NCBI GenBank assembly: GCA_024637095.1
Contig: JAGXFV010000009.1
Coordinates: forward strand, 7,549-71,548
Reading direction: 5' to 3'
Source of the DNA: Actinomycetes bacterium
GTDB taxonomy: Bacteria > Actinomycetota > Thermoleophilia > RBG-16-64-13
Length of the DNA: 64,000 nucleotides
Numbering within the stretch: the stretch's first letter is position 1; the number at the start of each line of letters is the position of its first letter. Position numbers and translations under genes: made by a program. The notes under the pieces were generated by a model. The model saw only the letters and a program-made list of their open reading frames with translations, did not search any database and had not been told where the DNA came from. This document shows positions 1 to 9,956 of the stretch, in pieces.

Positions 1-2
1 TC

Positions 3-491
3 AACCATGTCAACAACGCCTATCTCTACGATATCGACGACCTGCAGGAGGTCGTGGCTTCAAATCTGGATGAGCGCGAACAAGAGGCGGTGAGGGCGCG
101 CGAGATCATCGCCGAGGAGGTGGGTTCCTTCGAGGAATGGGCCCGCAGCTTGACCGTGCTGCCCACGCTGGTCGCCTTCCGGGAGTGGGCGTCCGCGATC
201 AAAGACGAAGAACTGACCAAGTTCCTGGGCCGCATGCCTGACCTCTCCGAAGAGGACCAGGAGAAGGTGCAGGCCCTGGCGCACTCCATCATCAACAAGA
301 TCCTGCATCCCCCCACCGTGGCGGTGAAAGAGAGAGCCGCGGCGGACGAGGGCTACCTCTATGCGGAGGCGCTGCGCACGCTTTTCCAGCTGAACGGCGC
401 CGGCCGGAGCGAGTCGGGAGCCTCAGAGAATGACCGGGCCTCGAGCGGGTTTGGGTCCGAGGACAAGACAAACTCAAACTCGAGGAGCTAG
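3..491 (+). CDS. hemA: glutamyl-tRNA reductase, C-terminal part (5' truncated by window)
   Basis: Frame open from base 3: NAYLYDIDDLQEVV...EAVRAREIIAEEV...IINKILHPPT, typical HemA NAD-binding end and dimerisation domain; upstream of hemC. Confidence 0.93.
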   Translation, partial: NHVNNAYLYDIDDLQEVVASNLDEREQEAVRAREIIAEEVGSFEEWARSLTVLPTLVAFREWASAIKDEELTKFLGRMPDLSEEDQEKVQALAHSIINKILHPPTVAVKERAAADEGYLYAEALRTLFQLNGAGRSESGASENDRASSGFGSEDKTNSNSRS

Positions 492-493
492 TC

Positions 494-1474
494 ATCAGCG
501 CGAAGACCGTCGTCATCGGCTCACGCAAGAGCACGCTGGCCCTGACCCAGTCCCGCTTGGTTCGCCAGATGTTGTTGGATCTGAACCCAAGCCTGGACGT
601 CCGAATCGAGAAGATCGTCACTTCCGGCGACCGCATCCTGGATTCCCCGCTGTCTCAGATCGGGGATCGGGGGCTCTTCGTCAAGGAGATCGAGGAGGCT
701 CTGTTGGGGGGCGATATCGATCTCGCGGTGCACAGCGCCAAAGACGTCCCCACAGCGCTGCCGGAGGGTCTGGGGCTTTTGGCCTTTCCTCCCAGGGAGG
801 ATCCGGCCGACGTCTTCGTCGGGGGGCTCAGCTCGGTGGATGAACTCGGACCCGGCAGGGTGATCGGCACTAGCAGTCTCCGTCGGCGCTCCCAGCTTCT
901 GGCGAACTATCCGGAACTGGAAGTGGTCGACATCCGGGGCAACGTCGAGACGCGGATCCGCAAGATCGAAGAGGAGAGGTTGGACGGCACCATCCTCGCC
1001 AAGGCCGGCCTCGAAAGGCTGGGGCGGCTGGAAGAAGCGGCCTTCGAGTTCCCGCTCGAGGTGATGGTGAGCGCCGTTGGGCAGGGATCGTTGGCGCTTG
1101 AAGGCCGAATCGGCGACGAGAAGCTCGCCCCCTACATCGAGCGGCTGGACCACGGGGCCACGCGCCAGGCGGTGCTCGCCGAACGTGCGCTGATGCGGAC
1201 CCTCGAGGGGGGTTGCCAGGTGCCCATAGGCGCACGCGGCGTTGTGCAGAATGGTGAGCTCCTTCTGGTTGCCTACGTGGGCAGCCTCGACGGGGAACGC
1301 CACCTGCGCCGGGAGGCGCGCGGTCCGGCCGAGCGACCCGAGGAACTGGGGACGCGAATGGCGCAGGAGTTGCTCGAGGCGGGCGCCGACGTCATTCTGG
1401 AGGAGATCCGCACCACCTGTGCCGCCCCTAACAGCCCGGACGCCTGTGAACCTCCGCCCCCGGCGGCGGGGTAG
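494..1474 (+). CDS. hemC: hydroxymethylbilane synthase (porphobilinogen deaminase); probable ATC start
   Basis: IGSRKSTLALTQ (upstream of the track start at 557), GLFVKEIEEAL, DLAVHSAKDVP, GTSSLRR, RGNVETR, LEGGCQVPIG; GAGGAG at 482-487 precedes ATC 494. Confidence 0.95.
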   Translation: MSAKTVVIGSRKSTLALTQSRLVRQMLLDLNPSLDVRIEKIVTSGDRILDSPLSQIGDRGLFVKEIEEALLGGDIDLAVHSAKDVPTALPEGLGLLAFPPREDPADVFVGGLSSVDELGPGRVIGTSSLRRRSQLLANYPELEVVDIRGNVETRIRKIEEERLDGTILAKAGLERLGRLEEAAFEFPLEVMVSAVGQGSLALEGRIGDEKLAPYIERLDHGATRQAVLAERALMRTLEGGCQVPIGARGVVQNGELLLVAYVGSLDGERHLRREARGPAERPEELGTRMAQELLEAGADVILEEIRTTCAAPNSPDACEPPPPAAG

Positions 1475-3034
1475 TTGTCTGTGGACGGAACTCCTCGTAG
1501 CAACGCTGCTGCCTGGCGCGAGCCACGCGTATTCTTGGTGGGCGCCGGTCCAGGCGACCCGGGTCTGATCACGATACGCGGTCTGCGGTTGCTCGAGCGG
1601 GCCGAAGTGGTTCTCTACGATCGTCTGGTGGACCCGGTACTGCTGGACGCAGCCCCTTCCAGCGCAGAGTTGATCTATGTGGGCAAGCGCACGGCCGCCC
1701 ACACCGTGCCGCAGGACGACATCAACCGCCTGCTGCTCGAGCACGGCCGCCGGGGAAGGCGGGTGGTGCGGCTCAAAGGGGGCGACCCCTTTATCTTCGG
1801 CCGTGGCGGAGAGGAAGCGATGACTCTGCACGAGGCCGGCATACCCTTCGAAGTGGTGCCGGGCATCTCCGCGGGCTACTCAGTTCCGGCCTACGCGGGC
1901 ATCCCCGTGACCTATCGCGGCCTGACTTCCCACGTCACCTTCGTTACCGGCCACGAGGACCCCACCAAGGACAGCGCGGCCCTCGATTGGGACAAGTTGG
2001 CTTCCGGTGTCGGCACCCTGGTCATCTTCATGGGAGTGAAGAACCTGCCGCAGGTCGTGCAGAAGCTCAAGGAGCGGGGTCGGCCGGGAGACACTCCCGT
2101 CGCCCTGATCCAGCAGGGCACCCTGCCCGGTCAGCGCACGGTGGTCGGTTGCCTGGACGACATCGTCGACAAGGTGAGGGAATCGGGGCTGCGCCCGCCC
2201 GCCATCACCGTCATTGGCGACGTCGTGAGCCTGCGGGAGCAACTTTCCTGGGTCGAGCAGCGCCCGCTCTTTGGCCGCCGCGTGGTGGTCACCCGGGCTC
2301 GAGCGCAGGCGCTAGGCCAGATCGACCGCCTCCGAGACCTGGGGGCGGAGGTGATCGCCTTTCCTACCATCCGCATCGAACCGGTGGAGCGCTCCCGCGA
2401 GATCAGCGCCATGCTGGAAGGCCTCAGTCGCTACCAGTACGTGATCTTCACCAGCGCGAACGCCGTCGCTTGTTTCTTCGAGAGAATAGGCGAGGCCGGC
2501 CTGGACGTTCGCCGACTGCACCAAGCAACGGTGGTGGCCGTCGGTCCCAAGACCGCAGCCGCCTGTCGCGCCGGAGGACTGCAGCCGGACCTTATCCCTG
2601 AGGACTTCGTCGGAGAGGGCATTCTCGAGATGCTGGGGGACAGTGAGGTAAAGGGCGCCCGGGTGCTCATCCCGCGGGCCCGGAAAGCCCGTGACCTCCT
2701 CCCCCGGGCTCTGAGCGCCGCCGGGGCGGTGGTCGAAGTGGTTCCGCTCTACGACACCCTGCCCACGGAGCCTGAGGAAAGGGCGGTCCGGCGGGTGCTC
2801 GAGGCGGACTACGTCACCTTCACCTCGAGTTCCACGGTCAAGAACTTCGCGGATCTGTTCCGTGCGCAGGGGCTCGAGGAACGGTTGGGCGAGATCAGGG
2901 CCGCCTCCATCGGGCCAATGACGTCTGAGACGGTGCGCAAAGAGGGTCTGCAACTGATTGTCGAGGCCCGGGAGTATACCGTCGAGGGGCTGGTGCAGGC
3001 TCTGGCGGCAATGGGCGGCGACTCGCCCAGATAA
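1475..3034 (+). CDS. cobA: uroporphyrinogen-III C-methyltransferase / uroporphyrinogen-III synthase fusion (CobA-HemD)
   Basis: VFLVGAGPGDPGLIT, VVRLKGGDPFIFGRGGEE, then HemD domain RPLFGRRVVVTR...FTSSSTV...ASIGPMTS. Confidence 0.95.
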   Translation: MSVDGTPRSNAAAWREPRVFLVGAGPGDPGLITIRGLRLLERAEVVLYDRLVDPVLLDAAPSSAELIYVGKRTAAHTVPQDDINRLLLEHGRRGRRVVRLKGGDPFIFGRGGEEAMTLHEAGIPFEVVPGISAGYSVPAYAGIPVTYRGLTSHVTFVTGHEDPTKDSAALDWDKLASGVGTLVIFMGVKNLPQVVQKLKERGRPGDTPVALIQQGTLPGQRTVVGCLDDIVDKVRESGLRPPAITVIGDVVSLREQLSWVEQRPLFGRRVVVTRARAQALGQIDRLRDLGAEVIAFPTIRIEPVERSREISAMLEGLSRYQYVIFTSANAVACFFERIGEAGLDVRRLHQATVVAVGPKTAAACRAGGLQPDLIPEDFVGEGILEMLGDSEVKGARVLIPRARKARDLLPRALSAAGAVVEVVPLYDTLPTEPEERAVRRVLEADYVTFTSSSTVKNFADLFRAQGLEERLGEIRAASIGPMTSETVRKEGLQLIVEAREYTVEGLVQALAAMGGDSPR

Positions 3035-3163
3035 TCCCGCTCGAAGTCCGGTGGAAGGCGCGACCGAGAGCCCGGCCGGAGTCGTTGCTATACTCTCTCG
3101 GTTGCGCCCAAGAGCGCTCCAATAGACCCGGTTTGTCCCTAGTTCCGGAGGTGCCCGCAGCAT

Positions 3164-4150
3164 ATGTACTTTCCCCAGTACCGGTCGCGCCGCATGCGGC
3201 AGAGTGAGACCCTCCGCGGGCTGGTCCGCGAAAACCGCCTGCATCCCGGCAGCTTCGTTTACCCCATGTTCGTCATCCACGGCGAGGATGTCCGCAATCC
3301 GGTGGCTTCCATGCCCGGCGTGTTCCAGTTCTCGATCAACCACCTGGTGGATGAAGCGCGAGAGGTGGCGGAACTGGGCGTCAAGAGCGTAATCCTCTTT
3401 GGAATCCCGGAGCAGAAGGACGAGGCTGCCTCCGGCGCCTACGACCCCGAAGGCGTAGTGCAGATGGCGACGCGGGCCCTCAAGCAGGAGGTGCCCGAGC
3501 TGACCGTGATGGCCGACGTCTGCCTTTGCGAATATATGAGCCACGGGCACTGCGGCGTGGTGCAGGAAGACCGGGTGCTCAACGATGTCTCGCTGGAACT
3601 TCTCGCGAACGCGGCCGTCAGTCTCGCCCACGCCGGGATCGACGTGGTCGCGCCCTCCGACATGATGGACGGCCGGGTGGGCGCCATCCGCTCGGCGCTC
3701 GACCAGGAAGGGCACACCGAGCTGCCGATCATGTCCTATAGCACCAAATACGCTTCGGCTTTCTACGGCCCATTTAGGGACGCTGCCGAATCGCCCCCGG
3801 CTTTCGGCGACCGCCGCTCCTATCAGATGGACCCGGCCAACTCGGACGAGGGAGTGCGGGAAGCCCTGATAGACATCGAGGAGGGGGCTGACGTCGTCAT
3901 GGTCAAGCCTGCTCTGCCCTACCTGGACCTGATCTATCGATTGAAGACGGAAACCCGCTACCCCGTCGCCGCTTACAATGTCAGCGGCGAGTACGCCATG
4001 GTCAAAGCGGCCGCCGAGAAGGGCTGGATCGACGAGAAGGCCGTGGTGCTCGAGACGCTGCTTGGGATCAAGCGCGCGGGGGCGGACATCATCATCACGT
4101 ATCACGCCAAGGACGCGGCCCGCTGGTTGGCCGAGGAGAGCAGTGCCTGA
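3164..4150 (+). CDS. hemB: porphobilinogen synthase
   Basis: DVCLCEYMSHGHCG, APSDMMDGRV, FYGPFRDAA, MVKPALPYLD, AYNVSGEYAM; RBS GGAGGT. Confidence 0.97.
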   Translation: MYFPQYRSRRMRQSETLRGLVRENRLHPGSFVYPMFVIHGEDVRNPVASMPGVFQFSINHLVDEAREVAELGVKSVILFGIPEQKDEAASGAYDPEGVVQMATRALKQEVPELTVMADVCLCEYMSHGHCGVVQEDRVLNDVSLELLANAAVSLAHAGIDVVAPSDMMDGRVGAIRSALDQEGHTELPIMSYSTKYASAFYGPFRDAAESPPAFGDRRSYQMDPANSDEGVREALIDIEEGADVVMVKPALPYLDLIYRLKTETRYPVAAYNVSGEYAMVKAAAEKGWIDEKAVVLETLLGIKRAGADIIITYHAKDAARWLAEESSA

Positions 4151-5301
4151 TGGAAGTAAGGGAGAAAACGCAGGAGCAGACCGAGGAGATCCAGTATCTG
4201 CCCAAGCTGATCGCTTGGGAGGTCACCCGCTCGTGCAACCTGTCCTGCAGGCATTGCCGGGCTTCGGCAGAGAAGGGTCCCTACCCCGGCGAGCTGACCA
4301 CCTCCCAGGGCAAGGCTTTGGTGGACGATATCGCCGCCTTCGCCAATCCGGTGCTCATCATGACCGGTGGCGATCCGCTGATGCGCGAGGACATCTGGGA
4401 ACTGGCCGAGTACGCTATTCATCAGGCCGGCCTGCGCGTGGTGATGTCTCCGAACGGCACGTTGGTGACGCCGGAAGCCGCGCGCAAAATGAAGGAGGTG
4501 GGAATCCCCCGGATCTCTATCTCGATTGACTTCCCCACCGCCGAGATGCACGATGAGTTCCGCGGCGTTACCGGCGCGTTCGAAGGCGCGGTACGTGGAG
4601 TTAAGACCGCTCTCGAGGCCGGCGTCCAGGTGCAGATCAACTCCACCATCACCAAGCTGAACGTGGACTTCCTGGACGATCTGCTCAACCTCTCCAAGGA
4701 ACTTGGGGCTGTAGCCTTTCATCCCTTCCTGCTGGTTCCCACCGGTCGCGGCAAACAGCTGGGACCGGAAGAGCTTCCCCCGGAGGACTACGAGCGCACG
4801 CTCAACTGGGTGTACGAGCGGCAGAAGACCTCGGACATCTTTTTCAAGCCCACCGACGCCCCGCACTATCACCGCATCATGCGCCAGCGGGCCAAAGAGG
4901 ACGGCACCGATCTGTCCGAACTCAAGATGCATCCTCATTCACACGCCATGATGGCCGGCGGGGTGGGCAAGTCCCGCGGACACGGCGATATGGATTCTCA
5001 CTCCAAAGGCTGTCTCGCCGGGACCGGCTTTTGCTTCATCAGCCACACCGGCAAGGTGCAGCCCTGCGGCTACTTCGACGTGGCGGCAGGCGACGTCAAA
5101 CAGCAGCCATTCAGCGAGATCTGGCGCACATCCGAACTCTTCCGCGATCTGCGGGACGTATCCAAGCTCAAGGGCAAGTGCGGCATCTGTGAGTACCGCC
5201 GGGTTTGCGGGGGCTGCCGGGCGCGGGCCTACGAGGTAACCGGGGACTACCTGGCCGAGGAGCCCTACTGCGTGTATGAGCCGGTTCGCCAGGGTTGCTG
5301 A
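4150..5301 (+). CDS. ahbD: radical SAM/SPASM heme b synthase of the siroheme-dependent (Ahb) pathway
   Basis: IAWEVTRSCNLSCRHCRASA (CX3CX2C), GCLAGTGFCFISH, SPASM KCGICEYRRVCGGCRARAY; in hem operon. AhbC not fully excluded. Confidence 0.8.
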   Translation: MEVREKTQEQTEEIQYLPKLIAWEVTRSCNLSCRHCRASAEKGPYPGELTTSQGKALVDDIAAFANPVLIMTGGDPLMREDIWELAEYAIHQAGLRVVMSPNGTLVTPEAARKMKEVGIPRISISIDFPTAEMHDEFRGVTGAFEGAVRGVKTALEAGVQVQINSTITKLNVDFLDDLLNLSKELGAVAFHPFLLVPTGRGKQLGPEELPPEDYERTLNWVYERQKTSDIFFKPTDAPHYHRIMRQRAKEDGTDLSELKMHPHSHAMMAGGVGKSRGHGDMDSHSKGCLAGTGFCFISHTGKVQPCGYFDVAAGDVKQQPFSEIWRTSELFRDLRDVSKLKGKCGICEYRRVCGGCRARAYEVTGDYLAEEPYCVYEPVRQGC

Positions 5302-5443
5302 GGTCCCTTCCCCAAGATGCGCTTTATTGCACTGGCAGCCGAGGGCGGATGACGCTACAGTCTAATCATGGAGAGTCACCGCTGGCGGTGGCCGATGCTG
5401 TGCGGAGTGGGATAGCTTCGCGCCGGGAGGGTAAGGAAGGAGG

Positions 5444-6877
5444 GTGGTCTCGCTGCCGAGCTTAGAGGATGGACGTCGCCGCATGATCCCCCACGCCGCC
5501 TTCCGCGTCGTGGGCCTTATGCTCCTTCTGGCGGCATTACTCACTCCCCTGCTTTCGGCATCGGTCCTGGCTGCTCCCGGCAGCACCAATGCGACCACGG
5601 GCACGACTCTCGCTCCCAACGATCCCGCGGCGGCAGGCGACCCGGCCAATGCCGACACCACCGTGATCACGGCCCCGCTATTCTCGGGTTCCGATGAGCA
5701 GCAGAAGGCTTTGGAAGAAGTGAAGCGGAAAGCCGAGGAAGCCCAGCGCCAGGCCCAGCAGATCGCTGAGCTTTCCGGGAGTATCCCCGGAGGTCTCTCT
5801 CAGGCGGACGAAGCGCAGCGCCGGGCCGCTGAAGTCCAGAGGCGGGTGGAGGAGATGGAGGCGCTTTCCTGGGAGATCACGGCCAAGCAGCAGGAGGTCA
5901 TCCGGGTCGCAGCCGAGATCCAGTTGATGGACGACGAACTGGCGGGTGTCGTCGAGGAGTACAACCGCCGCATGATCGAACTAGAAGAAGCCAAAACGGA
6001 GGCGGACAGCCTGCGCCGGGAACTGTCTCTGGCCGAGAAGCAACTGGAGACACTCGAGGCGATCCTGGAAGAGCGGGTGATTGGCGCATACAAGAGCGAT
6101 TCCTCCCCCCTGGAACTCCTCCTCGATACCACCGACGTTCAGGATCTGATCAAGCGCATGAGTTTCCTGATAACTCTTGCCCAGGACGACCAAGAGCGGG
6201 TGAGCGAAGCTTCATCGTTGCGTTCGCGAGTCGACCGCCTCCTCGACGACCTTTCGCGGAATATCTACGACGTGACTGTCGCCTCGGAGCGGCTCGACCA
6301 GCAGCGCCGCGTGATCGAGGGCAAGGTGGCCGAGCGCCAGGCCTATCTCGATACGCTAAACGCGGAGATCCGGGAGTTGGTTAACCAGCAACTGGACGTC
6401 GCCCGCAATGTCATGCCGGCCGACTTCAACCTGGCGGCCTTTCTCACGAGTGACGGCAACGCGGTGGTCAAGACGGCCCTCAAGTATCTCGGGGTGCCTT
6501 ATGTCTGGGGAGGCGAGACCCCCTCCGGCTTCGATTGCTCGGGCCTCACCCTCTACGTCTTCCGCCAGCATGGGGTCTACCTGCCGCACTACTCCGTTTA
6601 CCAGGCGATGATGGGCTATGGCGTTCCCCTGAACGCGCCCGAAGCGGGGGACCTGGTCTTCTTCGGCCGGCCGGTGCACCATGTCGGCATCTATATGGGC
6701 AATGACATGTACGTGCATGCCCCGCGCACGGGAGATGTGGTCAAGATCAGCCGGCTCTCAGCCCGCAGCGATCTGAGCCACGTCCGCCGCTTTACCTTCG
6801 CCCCGACCACCGACTCGTTGACCGCCGGCCTGGAGCAGGCGAGCACCGGAGCTCCCGCCCAAACGCAGGCTCCCTAG
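5444..6877 (+). CDS. secreted coiled-coil NlpC/P60 peptidoglycan endopeptidase (CwlO/RipA-like)
   Basis: Signal peptide, long coiled coil, LGVPYVWGG..GFDCSGL...HHVGIY; start uncertain (5444 or 5483). Confidence 0.88.
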   Translation: MVSLPSLEDGRRRMIPHAAFRVVGLMLLLAALLTPLLSASVLAAPGSTNATTGTTLAPNDPAAAGDPANADTTVITAPLFSGSDEQQKALEEVKRKAEEAQRQAQQIAELSGSIPGGLSQADEAQRRAAEVQRRVEEMEALSWEITAKQQEVIRVAAEIQLMDDELAGVVEEYNRRMIELEEAKTEADSLRRELSLAEKQLETLEAILEERVIGAYKSDSSPLELLLDTTDVQDLIKRMSFLITLAQDDQERVSEASSLRSRVDRLLDDLSRNIYDVTVASERLDQQRRVIEGKVAERQAYLDTLNAEIRELVNQQLDVARNVMPADFNLAAFLTSDGNAVVKTALKYLGVPYVWGGETPSGFDCSGLTLYVFRQHGVYLPHYSVYQAMMGYGVPLNAPEAGDLVFFGRPVHHVGIYMGNDMYVHAPRTGDVVKISRLSARSDLSHVRRFTFAPTTDSLTAGLEQASTGAPAQTQAP

Positions 6878-6956
6878 CCCCGTTCCGCCCTGGAGCTTCG
6901 CCGGAGAGCGAACAGGGCCTATCAGTGGTCCGGAGGGCGCGTGCTAACATCCTTCC

Positions 6957-8048
6957 GTGAACTCCGGCCGCGTCTACGTCGTCGACACCAACGCCCTCCT
7001 CAACGATCCGGAAGTGCTTTATTTCTTCTCTGGATCGGAGGTGGTGGTGCCCGCCGCCGTGCTCAAAGAACTGGATCACCTCAAGCGCCGCGGTAAAGAT
7101 CGACGCATCCGCTATCACGGACGCAAGGCCACCCGGCTGCTCTTCGAAGCCTCCCAGCATGGCCGCCTGGTCGATGGGGTTCCCCTCGGCAATGGTTCAA
7201 CTCTGCGCGTCGAGTCCAAAGGTGATTTCGAAGATGCCCCCGTGGACCTCGACCTGGAGCGCACGGACGACCTGATTCTCGCCCACGCCTGGGCGATCAA
7301 CCGGCGGCCCTTGGTGCGAGCGACCCTGGTCACCAACGACCTGAATATGCTGCTGCGTGCTGAGGCGATGGGGATCGATGCCTACCGGTTCGAGGGGAAG
7401 CTGGACCGGCTGCACCAGCAAGAGAGGGGGCTTCTCGAAAGGGCCCGCGAGCGCCGATGGACGCTGCTCTTCGCTTTTCTCGCGCTCCTCTTCCTGTCGT
7501 CGACCGCCTATCTGTACGTAACCCGGCCGGCCCAGGTGAATGTGGCCACCCTGCCTCAGGTGGACGACTCCTCACTGCTCCAGAGTCTTGGCATAGCTCC
7601 GTCGATACTGGAGGACTACTATCGCGGTCGGATTCGAGAGGACGAAGAGGATCTGGCCGCACACATCAACCTGGGGAACGTGCTCTTTGATCAGGGAGAG
7701 TTTCTGCAGGCGGTGGAGCACTATCGCACGGCTCTTCAGCAGGAACCGGACAACATGAGCGTGCTGACCGACACGGGGATCGCCCTCATGGAACTGGGCC
7801 ACAACCAGGAAGCCGTCGTCACCCTGAATAGGGCCGTGGGTCTCGCTCCCAGCGACAGCCTGATCAGCTACAATTTAGGGCTGGCCCATGCCTTGGGAGG
7901 CAACAGCGAAGAGGCGATCAGAAGTCTGGATAGGGCGGTCAGGCTCGCGGAAGAACAACAATTCGCCCGCTTTCCCCTGGAAGAGGCAAAACGGCTGATC
8001 GAGGACTTGCGGACCGGCAACAGCAACGCGGTCCGACGGGACTCTTAG
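6957..8048 (+). CDS. PIN domain - transmembrane helix - TPR protein
   Basis: YVVDTNALL, VLKELDHLK, DDLIL, LVTNDLNMLLRA (PhoH-associated PIN type); TM WTLLFAFLALLFLSSTAYLY; TPR repeats after it; TGcTAACAT 6 nt before GTG (leaderless-type). Confidence 0.8.
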   Translation: MNSGRVYVVDTNALLNDPEVLYFFSGSEVVVPAAVLKELDHLKRRGKDRRIRYHGRKATRLLFEASQHGRLVDGVPLGNGSTLRVESKGDFEDAPVDLDLERTDDLILAHAWAINRRPLVRATLVTNDLNMLLRAEAMGIDAYRFEGKLDRLHQQERGLLERARERRWTLLFAFLALLFLSSTAYLYVTRPAQVNVATLPQVDDSSLLQSLGIAPSILEDYYRGRIREDEEDLAAHINLGNVLFDQGEFLQAVEHYRTALQQEPDNMSVLTDTGIALMELGHNQEAVVTLNRAVGLAPSDSLISYNLGLAHALGGNSEEAIRSLDRAVRLAEEQQFARFPLEEAKRLIEDLRTGNSNAVRRDS

Positions 8049-8067
8049 ACGGGCCCCTCGGGGGCAT

Positions 8068-8712
8068 CTACTCAACCACGCTGAGAGTCAGCCGCTCTCT
8101 TCCGGGGTCGGCGGAACCCACTTCTAGCAGCGCCTCGAGCGGATCGGCTCGGAAGACCGCGGCATCGGCGCCGGTTTCTGCGCTTTCGGAAAGCCGCCAA
8201 CCACGCTCTTCCAAGAATGCGGCAAATTCCTGTTGTCCCTCCTCTTGGTCGAGCGAGGAACCCCCGCCCACCTCCGCCGTGCCCACCGCGACCAAGCGGG
8301 CGGCCTCCTCTTCCGTGAGCGCATCTCCCGCCCGCAGTGAGGGCAGCCCCCCTGACTGCCAGGCGTATCCGCGGTCGGCCAGCCAGTTCACCATCGCCGC
8401 GAGTTCCGTGGCCACCTCACGCAGCGGTTCCTCTTGGGCGGGCGGCACGGCGTCTATCCCCGCGACCTTGACGTTGTCGACATAGGTGACGTCGCGCGTG
8501 AACCACCAGAGCATCGCCAACGCCAGGAGCAGGGCGGCGAATACCCGGAAGTAGACCGTCCAGCGCCGCGGGAGACGAAGCCCAAAGATTCGCCAGGCCG
8601 TGGTGTCGAGCCGAGGATCGTCGTGGGCGTCGGTGCCGCCGTTCTCGGGTGGGAGCGGATCCGCGAGTTCGTCCCGCCCCGGCGGGCGCGACTGAGCCGG
8701 CGTTCGGCTCAA
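8068..8712 (-). CDS. hypothetical membrane-anchored protein
   Basis: One TM helix (VFAALLLALAMLWW); start reassigned to TTG 8712 overlapping the stop of the upstream small gene. Confidence 0.55.
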   Translation of the reverse strand: MSRTPAQSRPPGRDELADPLPPENGGTDAHDDPRLDTTAWRIFGLRLPRRWTVYFRVFAALLLALAMLWWFTRDVTYVDNVKVAGIDAVPPAQEEPLREVATELAAMVNWLADRGYAWQSGGLPSLRAGDALTEEEAARLVAVGTAEVGGGSSLDQEEGQQEFAAFLEERGWRLSESAETGADAAVFRADPLEALLEVGSADPGRERLTLSVVE

Positions 8713-8897
8713 CGGGCTCCCGGGGGTTTTAGCAGATAGCCGCCGGAGATCGCCATGATGAAGCCCAGGACGGTGAAAATCAGAAACTGGACGATGTCGA
8801 ACTCGAGGAACTGGAAAACGGCCAGGGTCCACAGAGTGACCCCCCCCACCAGAAAGAGCAGTCCGACAAAATTCGGAAAGTCGAATCGCGATCCCAA
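8709..8897 (-). CDS. small two-TM membrane protein
   Basis: 62 aa, two hydrophobic helices, RBS GGGGAG. Confidence 0.6.
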   Translation of the reverse strand: MGSRFDFPNFVGLLFLVGGVTLWTLAVFQFLEFDIVQFLIFTVLGFIMAISGGYLLKPPGAR

Positions 8898-8939
8898 CTG
8901 AGCTCCCCCTGAGTATCCTCGGGCCTCGAAGGCATGATC

Positions 8940-9001
8940 TGGACAGCGTGTAGACGGGTGCTATAGTAGCAGACTGCAGGGGCTTGTGAAATCTCTTGCT
9001 T
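8940..9001 (+). promoter_or_regulatory. sigma70-type promoter of cytochrome operon with downstream Rex-like operator
   Basis: TGGACA(8940)-16 nt-TATAGT(8962) with extended TG; TTGTGAAATCTCTTGCTT at 8984-9001. Confidence 0.5.
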
Positions 9002-9161
9002 TAGCCATTGTAGCGGCGGACTTCTTACAAAGCTCCAGCAAATCTGGCACAATCGGAGCAAGTGAGGAGTCTCTTGTAGTCCGTGAAAACCCCTTCGCCG
9101 GGGTGGGCTGTCGAGGCCTCGGGATGTTCGCCCATCTCGTTGCTTACAATAGAAGGAGCTG

Positions 9162-9956
9162 TTGTTGTCTGACGGTGGGAGGAACCCGTTCCGTTTTCGC
9201 ATCTATGATGCGGGTGGGCGGGCCGTTCGGATACGTCTACGCTACTTGATCCTCGTGGGGTTTGGCCTGGCGGCGGTTGCCGTGGCCTTCCTTTTCGTGC
9301 CTTTTTACGTGACCAGCACTCCTCAGTTCTGTTCGAATTGCCACATCATGGACCCCTTCATCGCCTCTTGGGAGCAGTCCACCCACTCCAAGTTCGGATG
9401 CGCGGAATGCCATGTGCGCCCAGGAATCCTGAACCACGTGGTGAACCAGGCACGGGTGACGCAAAACATCTACGCCAACCTGGTTGGCGGCGCGGAGATG
9501 CCTGCGACGATTGCTTCTGCCAGCAACGAGAACTGCCTGCAGGCGGGTTGTCACAGCCTGAACCGGACCGCCTCCACGTCCGGGGATCTGCTCATACCGC
9601 ACTACGATCACGTCACCCTGCGCGGCCTGGAGTGTAAGCACTGCCACTTCAACGTGGTCCATACTCGGGATGGCGGAACCCCGGTGCCGCCGATGGGGGT
9701 CTGCGCCATGTGCCACGACGGAACGCAGGCCCCGAACGAGTGCGAGACCTGCCATCAGCAACCCCCGGCCGCGGAAGACGCGCACCCAGCCCTCGCCCTG
9801 GAGCAGCACGCAGAGTTCGCGCGAGGACGCGAGCAGGAGTGCTTCGACTGCCACCACGCCGACCAGTCCTTCTGCTCGCAATCCGGATGCCACGCGGAGG
9901 GCGAGTTCCAATCTCTGACTGGGCGCGAGAGAATTGAAGAGAGGTTTAACGAGTAA
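9162..9956 (+). CDS. NapC/NrfH-like membrane-anchored multiheme cytochrome c (6 CXXCH + 2 CX4CH)
   Basis: N-terminal TM, TSTPQFCSNCHIM (CXXCHXM), W..S.H...C..CH pattern; CLQAGCH and CSQSGCH. Confidence 0.88.
   Translation: MLSDGGRNPFRFRIYDAGGRAVRIRLRYLILVGFGLAAVAVAFLFVPFYVTSTPQFCSNCHIMDPFIASWEQSTHSKFGCAECHVRPGILNHVVNQARVTQNIYANLVGGAEMPATIASASNENCLQAGCHSLNRTASTSGDLLIPHYDHVTLRGLECKHCHFNVVHTRDGGTPVPPMGVCAMCHDGTQAPNECETCHQQPPAAEDAHPALALEQHAEFARGREQECFDCHHADQSFCSQSGCHAEGEFQSLTGRERIEERFNE

Noticed and set aside
521-4105. Long antisense ORFs (521-1831, 2312-4105; likewise 35995-37923, 39707-41200, 52755-54107, 56702-58141)
   Set aside because: Shadows of well-supported plus-strand genes in high-GC DNA; no recognisable motifs
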